Source of the DNA: Bdellovibrionales bacterium
Lineage (GTDB): Bacteria > Bdellovibrionota > Bdellovibrionia > Bdellovibrionales > UBA1609
Assembly: GCA_965205645.1 (NCBI GenBank)
Contig: OZ242172.1
Coordinates: 896,122-960,121, forward strand
Reading direction: 5' to 3'
DNA length: 64,000 nucleotides
The notes under the pieces were generated by a model. The model worked only from the letters and a program-made list of their open reading frames with translations. It did no database searches and had not been told where the DNA came from. Made by a program: the position numbers and the translations under genes. This document shows, one piece after another, positions 38,502 to 48,398 of this stretch. Numbering within the stretch: position 1 is the stretch's first letter; each line of letters begins with the position of its first letter.

Positions 38502-39164
38502 ATGGGTCAAAAGGTTAATCCAATTGGTTTTAGAGTAGGTATAATCCGTAATTGGGATTCCAGATGGTATGCATCTAAGAGAAAATTTGCAGGTAATATT
38601 TATGAGGATTATCAGTTACGTAGCTACGTGAAAAACAAGCTAAAAAATTCAGGAATTTCTAAAATAGAGATTGAAAGAAAAGGGGAGCAAATTAAGTTAG
38701 TCATTTTTACTGCACGTCCGGGTTTTGTCATTGGAAAAAAAGGAGTCGGTGTAGATGCTTTGGAGGAAGATATTCAGAAGCGCACAAAAAGTAAATTATC
38801 TGTGAGCATTCAAGAGATTAGAAAGTTAGATTTAGATAGTCAGTTAGTTGCTGAGAACATTGCTTTACAACTTCAAAAGAGAGTTTCTTGGAGAAGGGCT
38901 TTAAAAAAAGCTATTCAAGCAGCTATTCGTCAAGGAGTGCGTGGAGTGAAAATTCGTGTATCCGGTCGTTTAGATGGAGCAGATATTGCTCGTTCTGAAT
39001 GGTATAATGAAAAAAGTATCCCTTTGCATACTTTAAGAGCAAATATTGATTATGGTTTCGCAGAAGCATTAACTACTTATGGTTTAATTGGTGTAAAAGT
39101 TTGGATGTATTACGGAGATGTGCATTCTAGGAAAAATATATCGGTGGTAGAGACAAGTGCTTAG
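38502..39164 (+). CDS. rpsC: 30S ribosomal protein S3
   Basis: [23 protein letters not shown]... with the KH domain. Confidence 0.97.
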   Translation: MGQKVNPIGFRVGIIRNWDSRWYASKRKFAGNIYEDYQLRSYVKNKLKNSGISKIEIERKGEQIKLVIFTARPGFVIGKKGVGVDALEEDIQKRTKSKLSVSIQEIRKLDLDSQLVAENIALQLQKRVSWRRALKKAIQAAIRQGVRGVKIRVSGRLDGADIARSEWYNEKSIPLHTLRANIDYGFAEALTTYGLIGVKVWMYYGDVHSRKNISVVETSA

Positions 39165-39561
39165 TCCAAAAAAGATAAAATGGAGAAAAGTGCATAGAGG
39201 AAGATTGCGTGGTCTTGCTAAGAGAGGCTCGCATTTATCTTTTGGGGATTTTGGTTTAATGAGTATGACAGCGGGTCGTTTAACCGATCGGCAGATTGAA
39301 TCCAGTCGTATCGCTATCTCTCGTTCTATTAAGCGTGGAGGTAAAGTATGGATTCGTGTATTTCCAGATAATCCTATTTCCAAGAAGCCAATTGGGATAC
39401 GGATGGGTTCTGGTAAGGGAGCTTTAGAATATTGGATAGCAAAAGTTAAACCTGGGCGGATATTATTTGAAGTGGAAGGTGTGAGTGCAGAACAGGCACG
39501 TGCCGCTTTTCGTTTAGCAAGTTATAAGCTGCCTTTTAAGACTAAGTTTTTGTCTAGATAG
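39157..39561 (+). CDS. rplP: 50S ribosomal protein L16
   Basis: [28 protein letters not shown]. The GTG start overlaps the rpsC end. Confidence 0.96.
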   Translation: MLSPKKIKWRKVHRGRLRGLAKRGSHLSFGDFGLMSMTAGRLTDRQIESSRIAISRSIKRGGKVWIRVFPDNPISKKPIGIRMGSGKGALEYWIAKVKPGRILFEVEGVSAEQARAAFRLASYKLPFKTKFLSR

Positions 39562-39663
39562 TGTAAAAAAAAACAATAAGTTAGAGATAATAAAATTTTT
39601 GTGAAGTTAGTGAATAATAAGCGTAGTGGGAATATATAAGAGCAGGGATAAAACAAGGGTACG

Positions 39664-40230
39664 TTGATGAAATATGCAGAGATAAAAAATTTAGAAATAC
39701 GAGAACTTTACAAACGTTTAGTGCAGACTCGGCGGGCTTTGTTTGCAGCGAGGATGAAGCATAAAATGAAACGTCTTTCTAATGTCATGGAATTGAGGTA
39801 TTTGCGACGGGATATTGCTCGTTTGCAATTTGCTTTATCCTTAAAGCCGTTTGTTCATGTGCCTTCTAAAAAAGAAGCAGTGGTGGAAAGTGCTACTGTA
39901 CATGAAAAAGTAAAAACAGTGCAAAAATCACTGCCGGTTGTAGAAAAAAAACAAGATACAAAAAAGGCGGATAAAGATACTGTCGATTTAAAACATAAAG
40001 TTCGTGTGGTCCACAAAAAAAGTCAGCAAAGTAGCCGTATGGATTCCAAATTAGATCCTCAAAGTAAAAATATTTCTACTCGTTCAACTCAAATGAAGCC
40101 TCGCTTAAGAAGTTCATCACCTATGAAGAAAAAAGTTGCTTCTAGTGCGCCAGTTCAGCAAGGTGGGTTAGCGAAACGTTTTGGTCGTTTATTTCAATGG
40201 GGTAAAAAAGATTCTAAAAAAGGTAAATAG
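39664..40230 (+). CDS. rpmC: 50S ribosomal protein L29 with ~120-aa Lys-rich C-terminal extension
   Basis: The first ~65 aa are L29-like (EIKNLEIRELYKRLVQTRRALFAARMKHKMKRLSNVMELRYLRRDIARL). A basic low-complexity tail follows. The start is the TTG at 39664 or the ATG at 39667. A 100-nt gap separates it from rplP. Confidence 0.85.
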   Translation: MMKYAEIKNLEIRELYKRLVQTRRALFAARMKHKMKRLSNVMELRYLRRDIARLQFALSLKPFVHVPSKKEAVVESATVHEKVKTVQKSLPVVEKKQDTKKADKDTVDLKHKVRVVHKKSQQSSRMDSKLDPQSKNISTRSTQMKPRLRSSSPMKKKVASSAPVQQGGLAKRFGRLFQWGKKDSKKGK

Positions 40231-40232
40231 TC

Positions 40233-40619
40233 ATGGTAGAAAAAGAACAAATTAAGCAGAGTAAACCGTCGGTTACATCCGAAGAAAAAGGTACGGTAAA
40301 CAGTACAAATAAAGGTATTACTGATACAGAATCAGTTGCACTCACCCCCAGCCGGGGAAGACTGAATATTGTAAAAGGTCGTGTTGTTTCTGATAAAGCG
40401 AATAAAACTATTTCTGTATTAATTTATCGTTTAATGAAGCACCCTAAGTATAAAAAATATATTCGTCGGGAGTCAGTTTTTAGAGCACATGACGAACATA
40501 ATAAGGCTAAGGCAGGAGATATTGTTTCTATTTATGAAACTCGTCCACGAAGTAAGACGAAAAGATGGAAGTTGTTGAATATTGAAGACAATGGTGATCG
40601 TCGTTTGGACACTAAGTAG
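40233..40619 (+). CDS. rpsQ: 30S ribosomal protein S17 with ~45-aa N-terminal extension
   Basis: The S17 core is ...[61 protein letters not shown]. Confidence 0.9.
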   Translation: MVEKEQIKQSKPSVTSEEKGTVNSTNKGITDTESVALTPSRGRLNIVKGRVVSDKANKTISVLIYRLMKHPKYKKYIRRESVFRAHDEHNKAKAGDIVSIYETRPRSKTKRWKLLNIEDNGDRRLDTK

Positions 40620-40635
40620 TGAAATGGGAGTTGTG

Positions 40636-41004
40636 ATGATTCAGATGCAATCTCGCTTAAATGTAGCGGATAATTCAGGAGCACGTGAAGTACAATGTAT
40701 TAAAGTGCTTGGTGGTACTCGTCGGCGAGTTGCGGGTGTCGGGGATATCATAGTCGTATCTGTTAAATCTGCTTTACCTCGCTCTAAAGTCAAAAAAGGA
40801 GAGAAAGCGCGGGCAGTGATTGTTCGTACAACACATAAGATACAGCGTTCAGATGGAACTTCTATTCGTTTTGATGAAAACTCAGCTGTTCTGGTTAATA
40901 ATAATAAAGAACCAATAGGGACTCGGATTTTTGGTCCTGTCGCTAGAGAGTTAAGAGCTAAGAATTTTATTAAAATTATTTCTATGGCACCGGAGGTGTT
41001 ATGA
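40636..41004 (+). CDS. rplN: 50S ribosomal protein L14
   Basis: [27 protein letters not shown]... I chose the ATG at 40636 (RBS GGGAG 6 nt upstream) rather than the track start at 40582. Confidence 0.96.
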   Translation: MIQMQSRLNVADNSGAREVQCIKVLGGTRRRVAGVGDIIVVSVKSALPRSKVKKGEKARAVIVRTTHKIQRSDGTSIRFDENSAVLVNNNKEPIGTRIFGPVARELRAKNFIKIISMAPEVL

Positions 41005-41540
41005 AATCTCTTAAGGTACATTACACAGATCAACGTGCGTCTTTACAACGTTCTTTATCATTGAAGAATATCATGGAAGCCCCACGTTTAGAAAAGGTAG
41101 TATTAAGTGTTTGTGTTTCTCAGGCAGTTACAAATCCAAAAATTCTTAAATCAGTTCAGCAAGATTTAACTAAAATATCCGGTCAAAAAGCAGTGATCAC
41201 TAAAGCAAGAAAAGCTGTTTCTAATTTTAAAATAAAAAAAGGCATTCCGCTAGGTGCATGTGTTACGTTAAGGCGAGAAAAAATGTGGTCTTTTTTAGAA
41301 CGACTGATTCATTTTGCACTCCCCAGAGTGAGAGATTTTAGAGGACTATCTCCTAAGAGTTTTGATGGGCATGGCAATTACAATATGGGAATCAAAGAGC
41401 AGATTATTTTTCCAGAAATTGATTATGATAAGGTAGATGCGATTCGTGGGATGAATATTTCTATTTGTATGCGTTCTAACAGTGACAATGATGCGCGTGT
41501 TTTGTTAAAGCAATTGGGTTTTCCCTTTAGAGAACGTTAA
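41001..41540 (+). CDS. rplE: 50S ribosomal protein L5
   Basis: 179 aa. ...[14 protein letters not shown]......Q.A.ITKA.K..SNFK...G.P.G..VTLR...MW.FL.RL...ALPR.RDFRG. The start overlaps the rplN stop (ATGA). Confidence 0.96.
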   Translation: MKSLKVHYTDQRASLQRSLSLKNIMEAPRLEKVVLSVCVSQAVTNPKILKSVQQDLTKISGQKAVITKARKAVSNFKIKKGIPLGACVTLRREKMWSFLERLIHFALPRVRDFRGLSPKSFDGHGNYNMGIKEQIIFPEIDYDKVDAIRGMNISICMRSNSDNDARVLLKQLGFPFRER

Positions 41541-41559
41541 GTACAGGGAGGGGTTTATT

Positions 41560-41949
41560 ATGGATATAATTAGTCAGTTTTGTACTCGGATTAGAAATGC
41601 TGCACGCGTGCAGCATCAGAAAGTAGATATACCGAGTTCTCGCATTCAAGTGAGTTTAGCGGAAGAGCTTAAACGAGCGGGTTATATTCGCAATTACAAG
41701 GTAGTAGATGATGGTCGGCAGGGTATGATCCGGATTTATTTAAAATATAGTGAACAAGAACAATCTGTGATTACGCAGATTGAAAGGTTAAGTCGTCCTT
41801 CTTGTCGACATTATGTAAAAGCGGATCAAATTCCAGATGTGCTTTCTGGTAAAGGATTAGTTATTTTAAGTACCAATCAAGGTGTGTTAAGTGGAAAAGA
41901 GGCTCGTAAAAGAGGTGTTGGTGGCGAGCTCTTGTGTCGGGTATGGTAA
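41560..41949 (+). CDS. rpsH: 30S ribosomal protein S8
   Basis: 129 aa. D.I....TRIRNA......V..PSS.....L...L...GYI..Y. Confidence 0.95.
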   Translation: MDIISQFCTRIRNAARVQHQKVDIPSSRIQVSLAEELKRAGYIRNYKVVDDGRQGMIRIYLKYSEQEQSVITQIERLSRPSCRHYVKADQIPDVLSGKGLVILSTNQGVLSGKEARKRGVGGELLCRVW

Positions 41950-41994
41950 CCAATAGATCAATGTGTAGGATTAAAATGAAGGGATTAAAGTGAT

Positions 41995-42543
41995 ATGTCA
42001 CGGATAGGAAAATTACCAATTATATTAGCGGCTGGTGTAAAAGTGGAAGTAGGTGCTGGAGGTGAAGTGTGTGTTAGTGAGGGTCATCGTGTCTTAAAGA
42101 TTCAAGTACAACCGGTTATTGATGTGCTTGTAGCAGATGGCAAAGTGATTTTAACGAGGAAAAATAATGAACCACAAACCCGTGCCTGGCATGGTCTATA
42201 TCGTAAATTGATTGATAATGCAGTAGTGGGGCTTTCTTCTGGATGGAAGAAGACTTTGATTATGAAGGGAGTGGGTTATAAGGCGAGTGTGTCTGGCAGA
42301 TGTTTAGAATTACATCTAGGGTATTCCAGTCCGGTAAAGATGGAAATTCCGGAGGATTTAGCAGTGCAGGTGGAAAAAAATAATCTTATGATATCCGGTA
42401 TCGATCGAGCGGCAGTGGGGCAGTTTTGCGCTCAAGTGAGAGAATTGAGAAAGCCGGAGCCTTATTTGGGTAAGGGAATTCGTTACAGCGACGAAGTGAT
42501 TCGTCGTAAAGCAGGTAAATCAGGAGGAGAAAAATCTAAATGA
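41995..42543 (+). CDS. rplF: 50S ribosomal protein L6
   Basis: MSRIGKLPI..P.GV.V... and the C-terminal EPYKGKGIRY-like PEPYLGKGIRYSDE. Confidence 0.96.
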   Translation: MSRIGKLPIILAAGVKVEVGAGGEVCVSEGHRVLKIQVQPVIDVLVADGKVILTRKNNEPQTRAWHGLYRKLIDNAVVGLSSGWKKTLIMKGVGYKASVSGRCLELHLGYSSPVKMEIPEDLAVQVEKNNLMISGIDRAAVGQFCAQVRELRKPEPYLGKGIRYSDEVIRRKAGKSGGEKSK

Positions 42544-42917
42544 TTCGTATATGTATTCATAAAAGAATGCCTTTAAAGTTGAAAAAGAGATTAAGGAATA
42601 AAGCGCGTATTAGAAAAAAAGTGATGGGCACTGAAGAGCGGCCGCGTCTTGTGGTATTTCGTTCTCATCGACATATCTATGCACAATTGGTAAATGATAT
42701 TTCGGGTGAAGTGATTGCTCATGCTAGTACTTTGGGTGTATCAATAAAGGAGCGTACAGGAAAAATTCAATTGTCTGGTTTGGTTGGACAGCAGATGGCG
42801 CAACGTGCGATAGAAAAAAATATTAAACAAGTGGTATTTGATCGAGGTGGTTTTATTTATCATGGTCGTGTGGAAGCTGTTGCAACAGCTGCTCGTCAGG
42901 GTGGCTTAGTTTTTTAA
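42540..42917 (+). CDS. rplR: 50S ribosomal protein L18
   Basis: R.R.KVMGTEERPRLVVFRSHRHIYAQLVND...V.A.AST and a C-terminal FDRGGFIYHGRVEA.A.AAR.GGL.F. RBS AGGAGGA precedes 42540. The ATG at 42567 is an alternative start. Confidence 0.93.
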   Translation: MIRICIHKRMPLKLKKRLRNKARIRKKVMGTEERPRLVVFRSHRHIYAQLVNDISGEVIAHASTLGVSIKERTGKIQLSGLVGQQMAQRAIEKNIKQVVFDRGGFIYHGRVEAVATAARQGGLVF

Positions 42918-42932
42918 AAGAAAGAGTTTAGT

Positions 42933-43475
42933 TTGGCAAATATTAATGATCAGGATTTTTTAGAGCGAGTGGTAACAATCAATCGTGTTACAAAAGTAGT
43001 AAAAGGAGGTAGACGTTTTTCTTTCTCTGCTTTGGTGGTAGCCGGAGATGGACAAGGTCAGGTGGGTACAGGGACTGGAAAAGCCAATGAAGTACCAGCG
43101 TCTATCGGCAAAGCGACTCGGATGGCCAGAAAATCTCTTATACAAGTGCCGTTAAAACAAGGGCGTACGATTCCACATGAGGTGATTGGTCGGTTTGGTG
43201 CTTCCACTGTGATATTGAAACCGGCATCCAGTGGGACAGGTGTCATTGCTGGTGGCCCTGTGCGAGCGGTTTTAGAGTGTGTAGGAATAAAAGATATATT
43301 AACTAAGCGGTTGGGGAGTCGGAATCCTCATAATGTAGTTAATGCAGCTTTAAATGGTTTGGAGCAACTCATGTTATTACATAAATTAACTGGTGAAAAG
43401 GATAAACTAGTAGATAAAAATCAAATCAATAAAGGAAAAGCGGATGAAGACAGTACAGACAAAGAAAATAAATAA
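42933..43475 (+). CDS. rpsE: 30S ribosomal protein S5
   Basis: [34 protein letters not shown].. with a TTG start and a ~25-aa acidic/Lys C-terminal tail. Confidence 0.95.
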   Translation: MANINDQDFLERVVTINRVTKVVKGGRRFSFSALVVAGDGQGQVGTGTGKANEVPASIGKATRMARKSLIQVPLKQGRTIPHEVIGRFGASTVILKPASSGTGVIAGGPVRAVLECVGIKDILTKRLGSRNPHNVVNAALNGLEQLMLLHKLTGEKDKLVDKNQINKGKADEDSTDKENK

Positions 43476-43662
43476 CACTTCCGTATTAAAAATTGTTTTA
43501 AAAAGAAGTTTGATTGGTTGGACACAATCACAAAAGTCAGCGGCACATGCTTTAGGTTTAAAACGAGTGGGGCAAGTTGTGCATTTGGATTCTGTGACAC
43601 CGGTACATTTAGGGCAAATAAGGAAAATCCAGCATTTGATTTCTGTAGAGAATAAAGAGTAA
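43444..43662 (+). CDS. rpmD: 50S ribosomal protein L30
   Basis: [55 protein letters not shown] is L30-like. It overlaps the rpsE end. Confidence 0.85.
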   Translation: MKTVQTKKINNTSVLKIVLKRSLIGWTQSQKSAAHALGLKRVGQVVHLDSVTPVHLGQIRKIQHLISVENKE

Positions 43663-43707
43663 ATTGTTTATGAGTCGGAAAATTTTTTATTTAATAGAAG
43701 GTGAAAA

Positions 43708-44220
43708 ATGAGTCTTTTAAGTCAGTTGCATTCACATCCTTTGGCTTATCGTAAAAAGCAGCGGTGGGGTCGAGGACGTTCCAGTGGTAAAGGAGGTACT
43801 TCTACCAAAGGGCATAAGGGGCAGCGAGCACGATCAGGTTGTAGCATACCTAATAGTTTTGAAGGAGGACAGATGTCTCTCGTTCGTCGTCTACCAAAGT
43901 TTGGTTTTTCTAATCGGCGGTTTAAGCAGGTATATGAAGTTTGGAATGTATCGGATTTGAATCGCTTTTGTCGATCGGGCGAAAAACCAGAGGTTAATTT
44001 GGATATTTTACGTGCAGCTCGTCGACATAGTAACTCGGTAAATAAGGTACAAGATACCCAGGGAACAAAAACAACTTATCCGAAAAAAAATGTAAAAATT
44101 AAAGTGATTGGATTAGGTAGTTTAGAAGGTGCTTTATTAGTGAAAGTGCATCATGTGAGTCGCGGTGCTCGTAAAGTTATTGAATCTGCCGGCGGTACCG
44201 TAGAAGAAATAAAAACTTAA
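43708..44220 (+). CDS. rplO: 50S ribosomal protein L15
   Basis: GRGRSSGKGGTSTKGHKGQRARSG....FEGGQMSLVRRLPK.GF is the L15 signature. It is 170 aa with an internal insertion relative to the usual ~145. Confidence 0.93.
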   Translation: MSLLSQLHSHPLAYRKKQRWGRGRSSGKGGTSTKGHKGQRARSGCSIPNSFEGGQMSLVRRLPKFGFSNRRFKQVYEVWNVSDLNRFCRSGEKPEVNLDILRAARRHSNSVNKVQDTQGTKTTYPKKNVKIKVIGLGSLEGALLVKVHHVSRGARKVIESAGGTVEEIKT

Positions 44221-44235
44221 TTGAGAAATACTCAT

Positions 44236-44447
44236 CGTATGTGATTAGGGACTTAAAGGCATATAGTAGCAGTGAGCAACGGGAAGTAAGAGCATCATTG
44301 AGAGACTAGTAACCGTATGTGATTAGGGACTTAAAGCATATCGTAGCAGTGAGCAACGGGAAGTAAGAGCATCATTGAGAGACTAGTAACCGTATGTGAT
44401 TAGGAACTTAAAGCATATCGTAGCAGTGAGCAACGGGAAGTAAAAGT
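44236..44447 (+). repeat. 2.7 tandem copies of a 77/78-nt unit forming the rplO-secY spacer
   Basis: Units start at 44236, 44314 and 44391: CGTATGTGATTAGG(G/A)ACTTAAAG(G)CATAT(A/C)GTAGCAGTGAGCAACGGGAAGTAA(G/A)AG... The third copy ends at the secY ATG and carries its RBS (GGGAAG). Confidence 0.95.
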
Positions 44448-45761
44448 ATGGCACAGAATTTTTCATTTCCAAAAGATTTACGCAAAAAAATATTATTTAC
44501 CTTAGCTGTGTTGATTATTTATCGGGTGGGAGTGCAGGTGCCAACTCCTGGGGTAGATCGTGGTGCACTGATGGATTTTTTTGCTAATCAGGGTGGTGGC
44601 GTATTAAATATGCTAAATACTTTTACAGGTGGTGCACTAGAACGATTTAGTATTTTTGCATTAGGTATTTTACCTTATATTACAGCGTCTATTATTTTTC
44701 AATTACTTCAAACAGGGGTACCTTATCTAGAGCAGTTGAAAAAAGAAGGGGAAGCTGGCCGAAGAAAGATTAACCAATACACTCGTTATTCCACTGTGTT
44801 GTTTTCTATTGTGCAAGGTTATGGCATTGCAAAGATGTTACTTTTGCAATCACCGGCGGATGGTCGTTCACTAGTTACTTCTCCGATGGTTGGCTTTATG
44901 TCGTTTGAATTGTTTACAATTATTACTTTAACAGCGGGTGCTTGTTTAATTATGTGGTTGGGTGAACAAATCAATGAGCGGGGAATTGGTAATGGAGCAT
45001 CCTTAATTATTTTTGCCGGTATTGCTGCAGGGATTCCGTCTGGTATGATGAGTTTATTTAAGATGACCGGACGTGGACAAATCACAGGTGGTTTATTAAT
45101 CGGTCTCGTTTTATTTATGATATTAATTGTGGGAGTGATTATCTTTATTGAAGTTGGTCAAAGAAGAATTCCTATTCAATATTCACAACGATCGATGGGT
45201 AAACAGCCTTCTGCACAGAGCTCACATTTACCTCTCAAGCTAAATTTTTCTGGTGTCATCCCACCTATTTTTGCATCTAGTTTATTATTATTTCCTACAA
45301 CATTAGCTCAGTATGTGAATCAACCTTGGGCACAGAAATTAAGAGATATGTTAACGCCGCAGAGTTCACTATTTAATATTTTATTTGTTGCGATGATTGT
45401 ATTCTTTTGCTTTTTTTATACAGAAGCGGTATTTAATCCAACAGAAGTATCAGACAATTTAAAAAAATATGGTGGCTTTATTCCAGGTATTCGAGCCGGC
45501 CGGAGTACGGCGGATTATATCAAACGAGTGTTGGATCGTCTGACAGTTGGAGGCGCTATCTATTTAAGTGTGATTTGTATTATTCCAACTTTGTTAATTG
45601 ATAAAATGAACACACCATTTTATTTTGGTGGGACCAGTTTATTAATTTTAGTTGGGGTATCTTTAGATACAGCACAACAAATTCAATCGCACTTGCTAAC
45701 TGCTAAATATGAAGGGTTTGTTAAGGGTGTACGAGTAAAAAGTCGACGTGTGCAATACTAA
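44448..45761 (+). CDS. secY: preprotein translocase subunit SecY
   Basis: 437 aa with 10 TM segments. SIFALGI.PYITASII.QLL and GE.I.E.GIGNG.SLIIF.GI motifs. Confidence 0.98.
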   Translation: MAQNFSFPKDLRKKILFTLAVLIIYRVGVQVPTPGVDRGALMDFFANQGGGVLNMLNTFTGGALERFSIFALGILPYITASIIFQLLQTGVPYLEQLKKEGEAGRRKINQYTRYSTVLFSIVQGYGIAKMLLLQSPADGRSLVTSPMVGFMSFELFTIITLTAGACLIMWLGEQINERGIGNGASLIIFAGIAAGIPSGMMSLFKMTGRGQITGGLLIGLVLFMILIVGVIIFIEVGQRRIPIQYSQRSMGKQPSAQSSHLPLKLNFSGVIPPIFASSLLLFPTTLAQYVNQPWAQKLRDMLTPQSSLFNILFVAMIVFFCFFYTEAVFNPTEVSDNLKKYGGFIPGIRAGRSTADYIKRVLDRLTVGGAIYLSVICIIPTLLIDKMNTPFYFGGTSLLILVGVSLDTAQQIQSHLLTAKYEGFVKGVRVKSRRVQY

Positions 45762-46095
45762 AACCTCAATCAATCTTACATTTCATTTATCTGACATTGA
45801 TTTTTAATAAAGTATTTGTTTACTGATTAAAGTTTGTATCTACAGTATATATTCTTTACATTTTTTATTTAAATTTTACTAGTATTATTGAATAGTTATA
45901 TGTATTCATCGATAAATATAACGCACTTAAGAATAGATCTTAAAAACGACACTTATAAAGGTATATAACTATCATAATTATGTGAAATAGATTTATTTTT
46001 TGATTGACAGTATCCGATGCGCATCCACATGATTAAAATGAAGAATGCGCATCTAGTGTATTCTTTTACAAAAACACAAATACGAGGAGGTTCAG

Positions 46096-46305
46096 ATGAA
46101 ATTTCTAATTCCAATTCTTTTATTGGGTCTTTCCGGCTATGTGATGGCTGATGAACATGTACAAAAAGAAGAAGTAGCACCTGCAGTAGAAGCAGCAGCA
46201 GAAGGAGAACCAGGAACACCTGTAGTAGGAGAAGTCGTTGCACCTGCAGTAGAAGAAGTAGCACCTGCAGTAGAAGAAGAAGTTAAGGAAGAAGAATCTA
46301 AGTAA
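46096..46305 (+). CDS. small secreted acidic repeat protein
   Basis: 69 aa with RBS GAGGAGG. Signal peptide MKFLIPILLLGLSGYVMA. The mature part is built of VAPAVEE-like repeats. A clean terminator follows. Confidence 0.65.
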   Translation: MKFLIPILLLGLSGYVMADEHVQKEEVAPAVEAAAEGEPGTPVVGEVVAPAVEEVAPAVEEEVKEEESK

Positions 46306-46327
46306 TTTAGATAGTTTTAATTTATTT

Positions 46328-46367
46328 AAAGAGCCAGTAGAGACACTCTCACCTGGCTCTTTTTTTT
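46328..46367 (+). terminator. Rho-independent terminator
   Basis: AAAGAGCCAG (46328-37) and CTGGCTCT (46353-60) form a stem followed by T7. Confidence 0.8.
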
Positions 46368-46478
46368 AGTAAGATAACCATTCAGTGATTTTAAGAGAAT
46401 TAAAATCCCTGTGTATAAAAATTATATGATTCATTAATTATACCAACCAAATTGGTATAACTGTAACCTATTTTAATT

Positions 46479-47120
46479 TTACTTCTTGAATAAGTTCAGG
46501 CAACTCCTCCAGAAAGATGTTGAAGGAGGCTCTGGCGGAGTAAAAAATTCTACTAATTCAGCAAACGGAATTTCTTTTTCTTTAGTAAGGTTTATCAGTT
46601 GCCTAGTAAGTTCTATATTCTTATGAGCGCCTTCATGTTTAGGATCTAAAGCAAGCACCTTTTCGTAGTCTTCTAAGGCAGCAAAATATTCCTGATTCAG
46701 TTTAGCACGAGCATTTCCTCGGTTAAGCAAAGCATTAATAGATTGTGGATTTAATTGAAGAGCCATATCAAAATCTTTCTTAGCTTTTTCATAATCTTTT
46801 TTTTTCGCCCAAACAGCCCCTCGATTGGTGAGAGCTGCTTCATATTGTGGATTTAGTGTAATAGCAGTGTTGAAATCTACTAAGGCTTCTTCGTAGTTGT
46901 TCAAATAAATTCTAGTTATACCTCTTGCGTTATAAGCTTCTTCAAAGTTCGGATTTAATTCAATGGCTTTACTAAATTGAGTTTCAGCTTCCTGCCGGAA
47001 CCCTGACTGAACGAGCTTCATTCCTCTATCATAAAAATTCAGTAATTGATTATTTCCAAAGGATTGCATTGGAATCAAAGTAAAAAAATGAAGCATTAGT
47101 AAAATAACTATTCGTCTCAT
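46479..47120 (-). CDS. secreted TPR-repeat protein
   Basis: 213 aa with a signal peptide and about five TPR units (A...F.KAIELNPNF.EAYN.RG...). Confidence 0.8.
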   Translation of the reverse strand: MRRIVILLMLHFFTLIPMQSFGNNQLLNFYDRGMKLVQSGFRQEAETQFSKAIELNPNFEEAYNARGITRIYLNNYEEALVDFNTAITLNPQYEAALTNRGAVWAKKKDYEKAKKDFDMALQLNPQSINALLNRGNARAKLNQEYFAALEDYEKVLALDPKHEGAHKNIELTRQLINLTKEKEIPFAELVEFFTPPEPPSTSFWRSCLNLFKK

Positions 47121-47305
47121 AAATATATCTTTCTAACTAACAAGTAACTGACTGATCACATACTAACCACTCTGTAGTAAAACGTGAAACTTTGATTCAA
47201 ATTTAAATTGAAAGATCTTATTTTAACAGCTGAAAATAACTGGATTGTAAAAAATACAATTTTCAAACAAGAAGAATTTACTGATTTATTATTTGTATCA
47301 TTAAG

Positions 47306-48340
47306 TTATATTTTTGTTAGAAGATTTTTGATCCATTCACTCAAAGAGTTAATAAGCTCTTTATGTTGAGCTACTTTTTTATTTAACCAGAAAGGCAGTT
47401 TAGATTCTTCTCCCTTTAAACTTATATGATACACTTTTTTATTTTGATTTAACAAAGACAATAAATAATCGTCACTAGTAGAAATTTGATCCACCAATCC
47501 TAGTTCCTTTGCTTTTTCTCCTAACCAGAAATCTCCAGTTGCTGTTTTAGACAGGTCTACATTTGGACGATGTTTAGCGATATAATTTTTGAAGGATTCG
47601 TGGATATCTTCCAATTGACTACGTAGTTTTTCTCTTTTTTCTTCTGTTGCTTTTCCAAATAAGGTCAGTGTTCTTTTATGTTTGCCAGCTGAAATTTCTT
47701 CAAAGTCTACGTCTTGTTTTTGCAGGAAGCGATAAAAATTAGGCATTTGTGCCAGTACACCGATGGAACCAATGACAGCAAATGGCGCCGCTAAAATTTT
47801 ATTTGCAGTACAAGCCATCAAATAGCCGCCACTGCCGGCTACTTCATCTACACACACAGTGAGTAATAGATCATGACTTCTTAATCTTTGCAGCTGGCTG
47901 GCACCTAGCCCATGATTAGGTACCAGTCCTCCGTGGTTATTTAAGCGCAAGACCACTTCGTCTGTTTTAGGATTAGCTGATTTAATTAAGATAGATATTT
48001 CCTCTCGTAATCGTTTAACTTGGGAGGCTTGTACATCTCCCTTAAAGTCCAGAATATAAACTACACCCGATATTGTTGTTTTCTCTGTTTGTTTTTTTTG
48101 TTTTTTTAAAGATTTAATTTCTTTTTTGAGATCTTTTGCTGACCGGGTATATGAGTGCATGGTGAGTTTGTATTGTTGGAGTTTTTCTCCAAAGTCTTCT
48201 ATTTCCAGTTTTTCTTTTTTCTTTTGTTTTTTATATTCGGCTGCTGCGGATCCTATGATGGAAAAGAAAACTCCCAGTAAGATAAGTAGAAAAATGATTT
48301 TGCTGCTAAACAAAGTAATTTCATAGAAAAATTCAGACAT
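47306..48340 (-). CDS. sohB: S49-family serine peptidase (SohB-like)
   Basis: N-terminal TM segment, VYILDFKGDVQASQV..LREEI, and GGYLMACTANKILAAPFAVIGSIGV. Size and layout resemble SohB. Confidence 0.8.
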   Translation of the reverse strand: MSEFFYEITLFSSKIIFLLILLGVFFSIIGSAAAEYKKQKKKEKLEIEDFGEKLQQYKLTMHSYTRSAKDLKKEIKSLKKQKKQTEKTTISGVVYILDFKGDVQASQVKRLREEISILIKSANPKTDEVVLRLNNHGGLVPNHGLGASQLQRLRSHDLLLTVCVDEVAGSGGYLMACTANKILAAPFAVIGSIGVLAQMPNFYRFLQKQDVDFEEISAGKHKRTLTLFGKATEEKREKLRSQLEDIHESFKNYIAKHRPNVDLSKTATGDFWLGEKAKELGLVDQISTSDDYLLSLLNQNKKVYHISLKGEESKLPFWLNKKVAQHKELINSLSEWIKNLLTKI

Positions 48341-48398
48341 TTATTGCTCCCATGAGATATATTCTTGTTATTAATAAGAAGGAATATAATATAAAAAT

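Noticed and set aside
45953-46264. 103-aa minus-strand Leu-rich ORF
   Set aside because: It is antisense to the small secreted VAPAVEE gene, which has an RBS, signal peptide and terminator. The Leu/Gln repeats are the complement of the Glu/Val/Ala codon repeats.
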